The position numbers and the translations under genes were made by a program. A stretch of DNA of 58,220 nucleotides, taken from contig JAWQFM010000013.1 of NCBI GenBank assembly GCA_033442325.1, forward strand, positions 110,202 through 168,421, written 5' to 3'. Shown piece after piece: positions 1 to 22,080 of this stretch. Origin of the DNA: Salpingoeca rosetta. Its lineage: Eukaryota > Protista > Choanoflagellata. The stretch's first letter is position 1, and every line of letters begins with the position of its first letter. The notes beneath the pieces are model-generated. The model was not told the origin of the DNA. It searched no databases and worked only from the letters and a program-made list of their open reading frames with translations.

Positions 1-131
<131 letters not shown>

Positions 132-157
132 GTGTGCGCGCGTGCTTACATTCACAG

Positions 158-1325
158 GATGAGATTGAGTCATGCATCAACGACAATTTGATGGCAGCGC
201 TGACGCACAACAAACCGCACTTTGTTGAGCTGTACCTCAGCTATGACGCCAAAATTTGGAGGGTACGCTTGGAGGATGCATGTGACAGCAGACACTTCCA
301 CTCAAACGCACACACACACACATGCACAAACACACCAAGACATGACTTTTCCCCCAGCCTCATGTGTGCTTCTGCTTGTCTTCACTACTCTGACCTCCCC
401 CCCCCCAGCTTGAACCGACAAACAAGAAAATGATGGAGCGAGCTGCCGACAACGCACCAATTGCTCAGCATAACCGTGTCCCCAAGTTCGTCCTCGCCAT
501 CCAGGAACTCTACGAGGTATTGTTGGCCCACGTGCTTGCTTGCCTGCATGCAAGAAACTCCGTTTCCTGCCATGTGTGTGTGTTTGTCGACATGTTCCTA
601 TCGCCATGAGGTCCCGTGTGTTACATCTTCCCTCTTCCCTCTTGTCGCTTCCTTGCTCCTTCTCCTTTCTTGCACGCGTCTCACCGTGCCAGCCATGATC
701 CCCTGAACACCGAACGCACATCAGAATGAGGCAAAGCGGCCCCACAGTCACGTGCAAGTGCTGGCTGGCCAAGACGGTGCGGACATGGGTACCAGCAACG
801 GCAACAACACGAGCGCCAATGCCAAGCACCGCGTCAGCCGCCACCCAACGCTGAAGCGCCGAGATATGCGCCCGCCGTATTGCGTGGAGCGCATGGAGGA
901 GATCCTGTCTCGTCTCGTGTCCAAGGACTTCAGCGTTGATCGCGACTACTCCATCTACCCCGACGACGCGTTCCCATCTTCAACCCGCGACTCTGCTCCA
1001 GAGACCGCCGCCACATCAATTGCTGACACCAACGTGGACGAGCCGGGCAACCCATATCGCATGGGATCGCGCGCCGGCTCTCGCACGTCGATCGTCACCC
1101 CAATAGCGCCGCTGGCAACGGAGAACGAAGCAGAGCGTGAGGTGCAGCGCGAAGCCGTTGCCTCCCACATCCTCTTCGTGAGTTGTTGTGCAAGGCACTG
1201 GAGAAGAGGCGGAAGGGGAGGCAAGGGGAGAATGTCGCCTCTATCTGCTTATCTGTGAGAACTTGCACGTTTGATTCCTTGGCTCGTTTTCGGTTTGAGC
1301 GCTTGCACACACACACACACGCACG

Positions 1326-1400
<75 letters not shown>

Positions 1401-1871
1401 CAGCTGTGGGCGGTCTGCTTGGACAAGTACCGCATGGCGCACATGTTCTGGCGTCGCGGCGACCAGTCGATCATCAACGCGCTGGTGGCGAGCCGCATCC
1501 TGGAGCGGCTCAGTACCCACCGCGCACTGCAGGGGCCACACCTCGCCGAAGAACGCGCCAAGATGAAGAAGACTTCCAAGTGCGTCGTGCTGCTGGTCTT
1601 GTTTGTTGCTGTTGCTGGTTCCACACACCCTTGGCTGTGCTTGGATGAAACTGCTCTTGGTGTCATGCCTGTGTTCCCTCTGCGTCCTCTGACGCCTGGC
1701 TGATTGTGTTTGTGGCATCCAACACAGGAAGTTTGAGAAGCTTGCGGTTGGCGTGCTCGAGGAATGCCACAACGCCGATTCACGTCGCGCGGCAGAGATG
1801 CTGCACTCCAGGAACGACATGTTCAACAAGAAGAACGCCATCAGGGTGCGAACTAATTCGCCTCCATCCTG

Positions 1872-1946
<75 letters not shown>

Positions 1947-2168
1947 CCTGTGCTTAACAAGTCTTTCACTTCTCATGCTTGCCTTTCGTACATCATCATG
2001 TGTCGTAGATTGCGTATGATGCCAACAGCTTGGCTTTCCTCTCGCACACAGCGACGCAGAGCGTGATCAACTCTGACTGGTACGGACAACTCAAGTCCGT
2101 CACGTCATTCATCACGGTGCGCAATATGTGTTTTGCGCCTCTGCGTGTGTGTTTGAGAGAGGGAGTGA

Positions 2169-2241
<73 letters not shown>

Positions 2242-2923
2242 CGAACGCGCATTATGCGATTGGTTGCAAGCGTGCGCCTTGCGAATTTCATGACACTTTT
2301 CTGTTCTTGAGACTCAACAGCTGACAATTATTTTCATCTGCTTTTCCTCCGCATTTTTTTCTCTTGTACGTTGACAGGTTCTTCTTGCGTTCTTCTTCCC
2401 ATTCTTCATCCTGCCCTTCATCCACTTCCAAGACGACGTGAGTGCTTACTTGCATGCAAGCAACACTTTACCCATGCAAGCCACCCTGTGCCCGCTTGCC
2501 CAAGCATGTTCTCTCACCCGCTTGTTGACGTGAGCATAGCCCCAATGCCAGCTTGTTCCTTGTGGTTTCGACTGAACGGGTTATTCGACGTTGTCGCCTG
2601 CACCTGCGAGATTCACCAGCACCTTTATCACCACCATTCACATCAACAGAAGAAAGATGAGACGCAGCAGACCGACAGCCGTGACTACTTTGACACGGGC
2701 GAGCAGGATGAAGCAGCACACGCCACCACGTCCCCTGCACACACACTGCGCCGAAAGTTTGCCAAGTTTTACGCCGCCCCGTACACGCGGTGAGACGAAA
2801 CGCGCATGCAGCTGCATGCGCTCGTCATAATGTGTGTGTGTCTGTGTGCGTGTGTGGTTGTGTGTGTGTGTGTGTGTGTGTGTGTCTGTGTCTGTGTGCG
2901 TGTGCGTGTGTGTGCGTGTGTGC

Positions 2924-3001
<78 letters not shown>

Positions 3002-3273
3002 CCCTGCAGTCTTGCCCCGCAGAACACTTCGTCTTACCTCCTTCCAACTGCCTTTTTGCCAACCTTGCGCTGATGCTGAACAGATTCCTGTCAGATCTGC
3101 TGTCCCATCTTGCGCTGTGCATCCTGACCTCATACTTCGTCCTCGACAACCTCAACGACACCATCAGCGTCATTGAGTGGATTCTCCTCGTCTGGTTTGT
3201 CGCCCTCATCCTTGAAGAGCTCAGACAGGTGTGTCTGTCTGCCTGGCTGTCTGTGTGTGTATGTGTGTATGTA

Positions 3274-3310
<37 letters not shown>

Positions 3311-4397
3311 CGTTCTTTTGGCGTTGCAAACGATTTCATCGTGCTTGTTCTCGCGTTGGCTCAGCATGACGCTCACCGTCGAGTGCCCATAACCAAATAC
3401 ACACACGCACGCACGCACGCACTCTCTCACACACACGCACGCACACACACACGCACGCACACACACACGCACGCACGCACACACACACACACGCACGCAC
3501 ACACACACGCACATACTCCAGATGATCTTCTTCGATGGGTTTGCGGAGTACATTTCCGACACGTGGAACCGCCTTGATCTCATCATGATCACCCTCTTCT
3601 TTGCCGGCTTCGGTGTTCGCGTTGCTGACCCAAGCGACCGCGAGAACAAGGTGCGGGTCGTTGCTGAAGACACATTGCAGGGGAACGCATGTATCCCCAT
3701 GTTGTTGTGGTGCTGTATTGCGTTTGCTTCTTCCATTCCGCTCAACGTTCTGTTCTGACTCGACGCCATTCAACACAAGCTCACACTTGCCCTGTGTTTT
3801 TCGTTGTGTTGACACCACGTGATTAGTATGCGTCCAAGGGCATCCACGCGTTTCTGGTTGTGGTGCTGTGGCTGCGCTTCATGCGCTACTACGCCCTCAG
3901 CAAGAACCTCGGCCCCAAACTCATCATGATGATCGAGATGATCAAGGACGTCACAACATTCATCTTCCTCCTCATCATCTTCCTCATTGGTGTGTGCGTG
4001 TGTGTGTCTGTATCTGTGTCTGTGTCTGTGTGTGTGTGTGTGTCTGTATCTGTGTCTGTGTGTGTGTCTGTGTCTCTGGCGGCTCCTTGCCAATAGACAT
4101 TGTGCATCTTCATTTCCTGAAGTTGAGTCCCAACTTCTTCTTACTCACGATGTACGTGTTCCTGACCTCTCCCCCCCCCCCCACCTCTCTATTTGCCCTC
4201 GCTCTGTAGGCTACGGTATCGCTGCACAATCGCTGCTGTTCCCGGACGAGCCCTTCTCCTCCCAGACGGTCATCAATGTGCTCTTTAAACCGTACTTCCA
4301 GATCTATGGCGAGCTGTTCTTGGACGATCTTCAGGCAGACGCGGGCTGCGTCTCCATCTACCCTTTCACAGGCTGCGGTCGCGAGGTGAGGCACGCA

Positions 4398-4480
<83 letters not shown>

Positions 4481-5360
4481 GTGTGTGTGCGTGTGTGTGC
4501 GTGTCGGTGTCTCTCTCTCTGTCTGTCTACCTGCCTGTGTGTCTGTCTGTCTGTCTACCTGCCTGTGTGTCTGTCTGTCTGTCTACCTGCCTGTGTGTCT
4601 GTCTGTCTGTCTACCTGCCTGTGTGCATGTGCTCTGTATCCGTGACCCGATAAGTTTTGCCCAATTTGCCGCATGAGACCGTTCCCCCTTTGCTGCAATG
4701 GTCTTGCATCACTTACGCCTCGTGTTTCTCTGCTCCGCCCTCTCAGGAAGTGCGCATGGTTCCGTTCTTCCTCGCCGTGTACGTCCTCGTCACCAACATC
4801 CTGCTCGTCAACCTCCTGATTGGTGCGGCTCAACTGCATGTTACCGTGTGTTTAGTTGCTACACGATAAGGTTTTGGGCACACATGCACACACACACACA
4901 CACACATGCACACATGCACACATGCAGACGCACACATGCACACACACGCGCGAGTTCTTGCATCAGTCTTCTCACACACCTCCTATCACCTCCCCCCTCC
5001 CGGCTTCCTCTCAACCTTCCTACACGCCACGCGTGTGACCCCTTGTAGCCATGTTCAACGACACGTACATCAAGGTGCAGGACAGGGCCGAGCACTTGTG
5101 GTGCGAGCAGAACTACGGTAATCAGCTGACATCACATTTGTTTTACTTTCCTGCAATGACATTGCTGTCAATGGGGTTCTTTTCCCTCTCTGCCTGTCTT
5201 TGCCTGCATGCATGCGCACTCGCGTTTTGACTTGTGCTGCCATCACATGATGCACCATATACGTTTCGTGCGGGGCGTGCACCCCGCGCTACTTTCAACA
5301 ACTACACTGGCTCATTCTGATTTGTTCATGTGTATGTGTGTGTGTGTTTGTGTGTGTGTA

Positions 5361-5397
<37 letters not shown>

Positions 5398-5411
5398 TTC
5401 ATGCATGCGTT

Positions 5412-5454
<43 letters not shown>

Positions 5455-5941
5455 GTGTGTGCGATTCAGAGCTGTTCCTGGAATACAAGGAGCGCCCTTT
5501 CCTGCCTGCGCCCCTCATTCTCATCACGCACGCGATGCTGCTGTTCTCCTACTGCTTCCGCCGCTGCTGCAACAGCCACGACGACGACGATGACGAGTCG
5601 AAGCAGCAGAAGAAGGAGCACAAACTCGCCATCACCAAGTTTGAGGAGTTCAACACGGAAAAGTTTCTTCGGGAATCGGAACAGGAGAAGAGCGAGCGCC
5701 TGGAGAACCGCGTTGCCGCCACGTTTCAGAACGTTCATGGCGTCATGTCACGGATGGACCAGCTGCTGGAGCACATGGTGTCGTTCCGCTCCAGCCTGGA
5801 CCGTCAGATTGTCACGCTCAAGCAGGAGATCCACGACGAAAGCGGGCTGGCGATGGCGGGTATGGATGACGGAACCGGCCGTCTCCGCTCGATGACGGGA
5901 ACCAGTACGCACGGACCCATCCGCCGTCGCACATCCTCCAT

Positions 5942-6002
<61 letters not shown>

Positions 6003-7156
6003 GTGTGCGTGTGTGTGCGTGTGTGGGGGGGGGGGGGGGGGTGTGTGTGTATGTGTGTGTGGGTGTGTGTGGGTGTGGGTGTGGGTGTGGGTGTGGGTGT
6101 GTGTATGTGTGTGTGGGTGTGTGTGGGTGTGGGTGTGTGTCGATGTACGCGTGCATGCCCAAGCGGATGTTGTTTGTGCCTGTGGTACTTTCGATCCGTA
6201 CGTTCTTCCATGCCCTCTTGTAAGCTCATCCCCGCCCCCTTCTGCACCCGACCTGTGCTGTGGTGCATTGTGGCGTGTTTGTACAGAGTGCCGTCGTTGG
6301 AAAGAAGCCCAAGCTGTTCTACCTGCCACCAGAAGAGTACTCAGGATCGAACGGTGTGAAGCGCTTCGTCTTTGACGCGTCACAGGTCCCCTGGGACGTG
6401 GAGTGCCCCATCTACAAGCCCGTCGAGTACACGCACCCGTCTGTGGCGGCGCAGCCCGTGTGGGCGGACCCTGCCGACCCGCGCAAGATCAAGTTCAATG
6501 TGAAGGACGAGGTGAACGGCAAGGTGGTTGATCGCACGTCGTGCCACCCAAGCGGCATCAGCATCGACAGCAACACCGGTCGCCCCATCAACCCGTGGGG
6601 ACGCACGGGCATGACAGGCCGCGGCCTGCTGGGCAAGTGGGGCGTGAACCAGGCAGCGGACACGGTGGTGACGCGGTGGAAGCGATCATCAGACGGCAGC
6701 ATCCTGGAGCGCGACGGCAAGAAGGTGCTGGAGTTTGTGGCCATTCAGCGCATGGACAACAAGATGTGGGCCATCCCAGGTGGCTTTGTCGACAACGGGG
6801 AGGACCGTGCGACGGCAAGCGGGCGCGAGTTCATGGAGGAGGCCCTCGGCACCAAAGACAAGCGTGGTGCGCTGAGCAAGGACGAGGAGGAGTCTGTGGC
6901 TTCCCTCTTTGCCGATGGTGCCGTGGTTGGCCGCATCTACAGCGAGGATCCGCGCAACACGGACAACGCGTGGGTGGAGACGACGTGCGTCAACTTCCAC
7001 GATGAGAGCGGGCGCCACGCCGCAAGGCTCAAGCTCCAGGGCGGCGACGATGCCGAGCACGCGCGCTGGATGATGGTGCACGGCGGCCTTAACCTGTTCG
7101 CCTCACACCGCACCCTCCTGCGCATGGTTGCCAGCTACCACACCGCCTACTACTGA
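158..7156 (+). CDS. TRPM2: TRPM2-like channel-enzyme, paralog A (5' part upstream of the window); MHR3/4 - S1-S6 - TRP helix - coiled coil - NUDT9-homology domain
   Basis: 16 in-window GT-AG exons splice in frame (158-262, 409-516, 725-1177, 1404-1579, 1728-1845, 2009-2116, 2378-2437, 2650-2789, 3084-3228, 3522-3650, 3827-3989, 4210-4385, 4747-4822, 5049-5117, 5470-5942, 6287-7156; 3369 nt = 1122 aa + stop). Motifs: LEELRQ (S2) and WNRLD (S3) Ca2+-site residues, LGPKLIM S4-S5 linker, filter YFQIYGELFLDD, S6 NILLVNLLIAMFNDTY, Nudix box GGFVDNGEDRATASGREFMEEALG, DPRNTDNAWVET. Colinear with the downstream paralog. Confidence 0.93.
4520..4625. repeat. 28-bp intronic minisatellite, ~4 copies
   Basis: Unit ctgtctacctgcctgtgtgtctgtctgt repeated in tandem. 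Confidence 0.85.
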
Positions 7157-7908
7157 GTTGTCACTGTCTGCTTGTGTGTGTGTGTGTGTGTGTTTGTTTG
7201 TGTAAATGTGCGCTTGTGTGTGTGTGTGCGTCTATTTGTCTGTCTGTCTGCATTGTTTTGTGTCTGTTCACGCTTGTGTGTGTGTGTGTGTGTGTGTGTG
7301 CTCTGTGTCTGTGTGTGTGTATTGGTTTGAGTGGCCATCTTTCTTCCGTCGCTCCTTTTCCTTCTGTTTCTTGTTTTGCTTTGCTTTCTGCCTGCAGGCA
7401 CTTCTGCGGATGTTCTGTTGGAACCATTCATTACACACTTTCCGTGACATATCGCCGTCATCGCAAACACGCCTGCACAAGCAACCACTGCGAAGCAGCA
7501 TGATGAGCGCGACGTGCTGTGCTGCTGGGTGCTGATTACAAACAAGCTTCCCAGATCCTCAAAGTGGGACTGATGGTCTGTTCTGCTTGCCTTGGCACTT
7601 GAGTGGTTTACTGTATGTTCGTCTGCTGCTGCTCTGCTGCTTGGTCAGTGGGCTTGTGGGCAGCTGCATCAACCGTGCCCTGTAACAGATCGTGAAGTCT
7701 CAAGGCGAAACCAAGGGTCGCCAGCGACATCTGCCAGAACAAAAAGACAAGGCAAACGCCATGTACTCACACACAAACACACACACGCACACGCACAAAC
7801 GCATTCGCGCACAAACGCATTCGCGCACGCACACACACACACACATACGCACACATACACACAAACACAATTGCGTTCTCTCTTTCCTTGCGTCCCTCTA
7901 GCCCTCCC

Positions 7909-10506
7909 TCACACGCTGGATGCTCTCTGACCCGTGAGCGCACGCTTGATTTCGTCCTTCGTTCTGTTGACAAGCGTAACAGACGGCCACAAAACGTGGC
8001 TGGAGTCACGGCAGTCTGAGATGACAAGCGTCTGCACAGCAGGCAGCGAGTCAACGCTATCAAATGTGCACCGCTGCAACGCCAGCCGCCGCACGCCGGC
8101 AAACAGGCTCAAGTCACTGAGCCGACGCGAGTGCACCTGCATCGAATTCACGTCACTGATGACGGGGCCTGCAAGCGTCATGGGGCCCGGGCCTTCGAAT
8201 CTCACGGCGCCCACGCACGACAGCTCCTCAACGGTAATGTTGGGCGCATACGCACACACGAACGTGTCCGTGTCGCGGACGCGGACAGTGCCAGCACAAT
8301 TGTACAGGTGCACTTGCTCGCAGGACGAGAAGACGGCTTCTATATGCTGATGGCGCAAGGTGACGTGCCGGAGATGGCGAAGGCGCTCCAAGCCAATGAG
8401 AGTGGACATGTGGCGGGTTCCATTGACAATCGCAGCATTCACCGTCAAGTATCGCACGTGCTCCAGCATGGCTACGTTGGTACGCAGTCGCCCGCGAACA
8501 GACAGGCCCACTCTCTGCACGAAAGACGGCAGTGTGTCCTTGATGTCAGCAGCCTGAACGTCGTGCAGCTGCACGCGTGTTCCGGCCGCCACCGCAGACA
8601 GTGCGGAGAGGTCGCGCGTTGCGTCTCCCTGAAGCACGAGGAGGTTCACGCGCGCGCTCAATGCAGCCACCACCTCGCGTGTCAGGCGCGTGTTGATGAC
8701 CACCTTGTTGGCGTGTGCAAAGGGCGGCAGCTCCTCCAGAGCAGTGCAGTTCGTCAGGCACGCGATGTCAACACTCGGCATGCAGTCGATGCTGTGCAAC
8801 TCATTGCATTCGACAGCGAAACGGGCCGCGCGTGGGAGATGAAGGTGCAGTTTCGGCGGTGGTGTGGTGGTTGTGGTGGTGGCGGTGGCGGTGGCGGTGG
8901 GAAGCCGTGTTGGCTGGACAAGAAGGACAAGTTGGGTGGCGTTCAACGTGATGTGCTGGCCAACCTTGGACCGCAAGCTGTGCGCAGTGTACCCGGACAG
9001 ATTGAGACAGGGAACGTCCCTGAGAGGGGTCAAGTCCGCACCCACCCTCGTGAGCGACACGCGCTGAGCACAACGCAGAGGGCTGAGGTCCATCCCTGAG
9101 AGGGCACGCAACGAGACATCCGCCACACCATCCAAAGCTGAAACATCTGTGATGGTGTTGCCTTGTCCCAGCAACTTGACACTACGGACGTGGTGGAAAC
9201 GTGCATCCAGGGTGCATTGGTCTGCGGCAAGAATCCACAAGAGCTTGCTCACGTTGGTGAAGCTGCAGCGAGCAATCACATGGCGCGTGTCCCGACATGC
9301 CACGCAAACGTCATCAACATCGGCCAGGTGCATCTCTTCAATACCGCCCGTCACGTGAAAGTAGAAGTTGCGCCCGCGCGGTGATCCCATCCGCGCCCTC
9401 ATGCGATGAAAGGCCTCAAGGTCTTCCTGGCACGTGCGTGTAAGCGCAACAGATAGGCGCGCTGGGCACAGGGAGCAGCCGCCTGCCCCTGGGCCTGCGG
9501 TCTCTGTGTGATGTGTTACACGCTGCGAATGAGGGCTATGGCCTCGTTGGTGTGCATGTTGTGCGAGGCCTGTCTCTTTCTTGTCCAGCGTGGCTTCCCT
9601 GGTTCGTCTTTGAGACGTGACCACATTTGCTGCTGCTGTTGCTGTCGTTGTTGTTGCTGCGGTTGGGTTGGTTGGTGTTTGGTCTGGCGCTGATGCATGC
9701 CCCCCTTTCTCATCGTCGCTCAAGCTCGTAGATTGCACACGTGAGGGAGTTGAGGCCCTGATGTCCTCATCGTTATCGGCAAGCCATGCCTCCATGCCGT
9801 CCAAGCTGTGAAAGGACAGCCGCCCGCAGCCCGCAAACGACTCACGAAACTCCCGCGTGCGGTTGCACGTCCGCAAGAACGCGCACTCCCCATTCCAAAC
9901 AACGCCCAGCCAGGAGTAGACCAGGAACCGGTCTTCAAGCCAAGCCGTGGCTGAAATGATGACGCAATCATCCTTGGCCGCGAGGCCCGCAGCAGTCGAC
10001 GAACTTTTGCCATCATGACATGAAGCATGACTGACACCGTCGATGTACTCCTGTTGCTGTGGCTGCTGTTGCTGCTGTTCATCATCATCATCGTCATCAT
10101 CGTCCTGTTGCTCGAGGCGACCCGAATATGCAGTGTCGCTGGTCAAGGCAGGCACGCCGAAGATGCTGCATTGGAACGTGTCCAGCCAGGTGGATTGACT
10201 TGTCGAAGACAAGACGACGGAGCAGCACCATTTGGGCAACGCGTATGGCAGGTTGTGGTACAGCTGCCGGCAGGTCATCATGAGATTGAGCACATCACGA
10301 ACTGCTCGAGCAGCTTTCATGGGCGTGTGCCTGTACGGGCCGTCGTTGGCATGGGGGAAATCCTCGCGGTAACTTGATGCTGCCGGGGTTCCTGTTCCGA
10401 TTTGGGGCTGTACCACCCCGCCAAGCACTAGCGCTTGCCAAGCCACAGCAGCCCACTCATCCACACCGAGTGTTACCTCCTCCGCTACTCTTCTTGCTGA
10501 CGCCAT
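7909..10506 (-). CDS. Intronless 865-aa protein with F-box-like N-terminus and degenerate leucine-rich repeats
   Basis: Single long ORF; the first ~100 codons of the 967-aa track ORF are (CA)n, so start taken at MASARRVAEE (10506). F-box-like segments LGVDEWAAVAWQAL ... RDVLNLMMTCRQLY; LRR-like units ITDVSALDGVADVSL, MDLSPLRCAQRVSL, ADLTPLRDVPCLNLSG, LSDLSLFAGVRRLALQRC, SVDSLPAVQTLVISDC. Confidence 0.75.
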   Translation of the reverse strand: MASARRVAEEVTLGVDEWAAVAWQALVLGGVVQPQIGTGTPAASSYREDFPHANDGPYRHTPMKAARAVRDVLNLMMTCRQLYHNLPYALPKWCCSVVLSSTSQSTWLDTFQCSIFGVPALTSDTAYSGRLEQQDDDDDDDDEQQQQQPQQQEYIDGVSHASCHDGKSSSTAAGLAAKDDCVIISATAWLEDRFLVYSWLGVVWNGECAFLRTCNRTREFRESFAGCGRLSFHSLDGMEAWLADNDEDIRASTPSRVQSTSLSDDEKGGHASAPDQTPTNPTAATTTTATAAANVVTSQRRTREATLDKKETGLAQHAHQRGHSPHSQRVTHHTETAGPGAGGCSLCPARLSVALTRTCQEDLEAFHRMRARMGSPRGRNFYFHVTGGIEEMHLADVDDVCVACRDTRHVIARCSFTNVSKLLWILAADQCTLDARFHHVRSVKLLGQGNTITDVSALDGVADVSLRALSGMDLSPLRCAQRVSLTRVGADLTPLRDVPCLNLSGYTAHSLRSKVGQHITLNATQLVLLVQPTRLPTATATATTTTTTPPPKLHLHLPRAARFAVECNELHSIDCMPSVDIACLTNCTALEELPPFAHANKVVINTRLTREVVAALSARVNLLVLQGDATRDLSALSAVAAGTRVQLHDVQAADIKDTLPSFVQRVGLSVRGRLRTNVAMLEHVRYLTVNAAIVNGTRHMSTLIGLERLRHLRHVTLRHQHIEAVFSSCEQVHLYNCAGTVRVRDTDTFVCAYAPNITVEELSCVGAVRFEGPGPMTLAGPVISDVNSMQVHSRRLSDLSLFAGVRRLALQRCTFDSVDSLPAVQTLVISDCRDSSHVLWPSVTLVNRTKDEIKRALTGQRASSV

Positions 10507-10647
10507 GAGCTCTGCTCTGTGCGTGTGTGTATGTGTATGTGTGTGTGTGTGCGTGCTGTGTGTGTGTGTATGTGTGTGTATGTGTATGTGTATGTGTGTG
10601 TATGTATGTGTGTGTGCGTGTGTGTATGTGTGTGTGTGTGTCTGTGT

Positions 10648-10686
<39 letters not shown>

Positions 10687-10934
10687 TGTGTGTCTGTGTG
10701 TGTGCGTGTGTGTATGTGTGTGTGTGTGTCCGTGTGTGTGCGTGGTCCTTCTTTTGTTCTTCTTCCAACTTGGCTTTCTCTGCTGTGGTTGATGACGATT
10801 TGTGAATATCATGCAACAATCATCTCATGTATTCCTGAGAGCAAGGGACAAGTTGGATTTTCAGTACAGCAGTGCACAACAAGCAACTGCTCGTTCCCTT
10901 GATCGATCACACATCACAGCGCAGCTGGCAGTCT
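10507..10934. promoter_or_regulatory. Putative bidirectional promoter between the F-box/LRR gene (-) and srTRPM2 (+)
   Basis: 428 bp between divergent starts, over half of it (TG)n. Confidence 0.4.
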
Positions 10935-21988
<11,054 letters not shown>

Positions 21989-22021
21989 GGGCCTTGACGC
22001 CAGCGCACGGATTTGCTTCCG

Positions 22022-22080
22022 TGTGATGTGCGTTGTGATGTGAGTTGTGATGTGAGTTGTGATGTGAGTTGTGATGTGAT
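22022..22080. repeat. 12-bp tandem repeat (tgtgatgtgagt) just 3' of the TRPM2-B stop
   Basis: About 5 near-perfect copies. Confidence 0.85.

Noticed and set aside
6260-7156. Stand-alone NUDT9 ADP-ribose pyrophosphatase genes (also 21017-21988)
   Set aside because: Each has an in-phase splice acceptor joining it to the upstream TRPM exons; they are terminal exons of the channels.
10507-10812. N-terminal extension of the 967-aa ORF
   Set aside because: Mostly (CA)n translation; start placed at 10506.
22022-22080. CRISPR-like or telomere-like arrays (also 46543-46585, 57859-58111)
   Set aside because: Simple tandem units without unique spacers; eukaryotic context with no cas genes.
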